From NCBI GenBank assembly GCA_044892525.1, contig CM097885.1:37448001-37512000 (forward strand): a stretch of DNA of 64,000 bases. The letters are read 5' to 3'. The translations under genes and the position numbers were made by a program. This document shows, piece by piece, positions 62,791 through 64,000 of this stretch. The notes beneath the pieces are model-generated. The model made no database searches. It was not told the DNA's origin and saw only the letters and a program-made list of their open reading frames with translations. Origin of the DNA: Schmidtea polychroa (lineage: Eukaryota). The first letter of the stretch is position 1, and every line of letters begins with the position of its first letter.

Positions 62791-63711
62791 ACCCTAGTGC
62801 AATTAATATTTCTTGATTATTCCTTGCATGGGTGATAGGGTACAGACTCACATGAGCTCTTTCTAATCCATAAAACATTTGAAATTTGTGATAAAAAATG
62901 GAATAGAAATCTGAATCTTTTGTATGATTTAACATATTTAAATTATATTTTATATACTTTTTTTTCTATTTATTTTCTTGTTTGCTTTATCCTTTAATCA
63001 TTAAGAATGTGTTTAATTAACGGGCATCTTCATATAGAAGATCGATATCGCAAGTAATATTAAATAATTTTGTTAAGTCGGTATTTTCAAAGCCAAATGG
63101 GGGACAAATGATTTGTCCGCTGAACTCGGGACAGTACCGCTTAGATAGGGACGTCTGGAAACTCTGTGTCATAGGCGTATCTTAACAATAATTTTTATGT
63201 TAATAGGTTAAATAATGTTTCTAAACTGATTGATAGATAAATGTATAGATTCTAGAACAGCGAATTATTCCAACTCTCATAAAAAATGAAGTAAATGCGG
63301 TAGAATGTAGATCAAGCATCCAAGATTTTTTTTTCGAAAACATCCAAATAAAATTTTATTAAAAAATTGTCCTAATCAAAAGTGTAATTTTTTTGCCATA
63401 TAAAATTTTTAATTTCACATTTTGTTTAAATCAATAGTTATATACAATTTCAAAATGTTGTTTTATGTCATAATTTAAATAAAATTATGCCATTTTAAAA
63501 TTTTTTGACAAAATGCACAAGTGTGAGGTTTTTTGAAAATCGATAATTATGTAAAGATCAGATTAAAAATTTGAAAAATGGGTCACTAATAAAATAATGA
63601 AAAACAATACAGAAAACCCAAATTGCAAAAATACACTCGAAAATCACAATATACAAAAAACAAAAAATTGTTAATTAAATAAATATAGAAAAGAGACTGA
63701 TTGAGGGTCAA

Positions 63712-64000
63712 AATAATGATATTGTCTATTTGATCTGACTCAATTTTATCTTTCAGCCATATCAAGATGTGAGCATATGGTAGTCCTCTCTTTTGCCATC
63801 CAACATCGTGCTGGTCCGAATACATGACTCTTGGTAATAATATTCATCATTTTTATGAGTTTTTGTCTAAAGACAAGTGCCAAGAGATCATGACGGTCGG
63901 AATGCGTTTGACCAACCAAGAGTTCTTGAATTTCTTGCCACTTGGGATTGCAGGTAAACGTTACGAATAAATCTGGTCTTCCGTAGTTTCTCACATATAT
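63712..64000 (-). mobile_element. Helitron Rep (HUH endonuclease) fragment, truncated
   Basis: MRNYGRPDLFVTFTCNPKWQEI (motif 1) and, in a shifted frame, WQKRGLPYAHILIW (HUH motif 2); homology stops near 63712. Confidence 0.9.

Overview
AT-rich animal genomic DNA from a draft assembly with six N-gaps and many (ATT)n, (AAT)n and (AT)n tracts. The transposon repertoire and a predicted 55-nt intron suggest a planarian-like flatworm, but this is inference. Only one host gene is supported: a Snail-family C2H2 zinc-finger transcription factor on the minus strand (33990-34803). It appears to lack the SNAG domain and probably starts in a 4-nt coding first exon. Almost everything else is mobile DNA. 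(i) A fossil Polinton/Maverick (adintovirus-like) segment at 1.5-4.7 kb carries a major capsid protein, a small Zn finger, a parvovirus-type PLA2-like gene, a 148-bp tandem repeat and a retroviral-type integrase; two further protein-primed PolB relics lie at 11.5 kb and 30.5-31.4 kb. (ii) A nearly intact, very compact 4579-bp Ty3/Gypsy element (53757-58335) has non-canonical TA...TA LTR termini, a 5-bp TSD, a tRNA-Leu PBS, a Gag with four CCHC knuckles that starts in or at the LTR, and a textbook -1 frameshift signal. (iii) DNA transposons include a hATm-like element in (AT)n, a ZMYM1-type hAT, a MULE with a 9-bp TSD, and many MITEs with identifiable TIRs and TSDs. (iv) Relics of an RLE-type non-LTR element, Penelope GIY-YIG, Helitron and several LTR-like segments are also present. 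No rRNA, tRNA gene or CRISPR array is supported.
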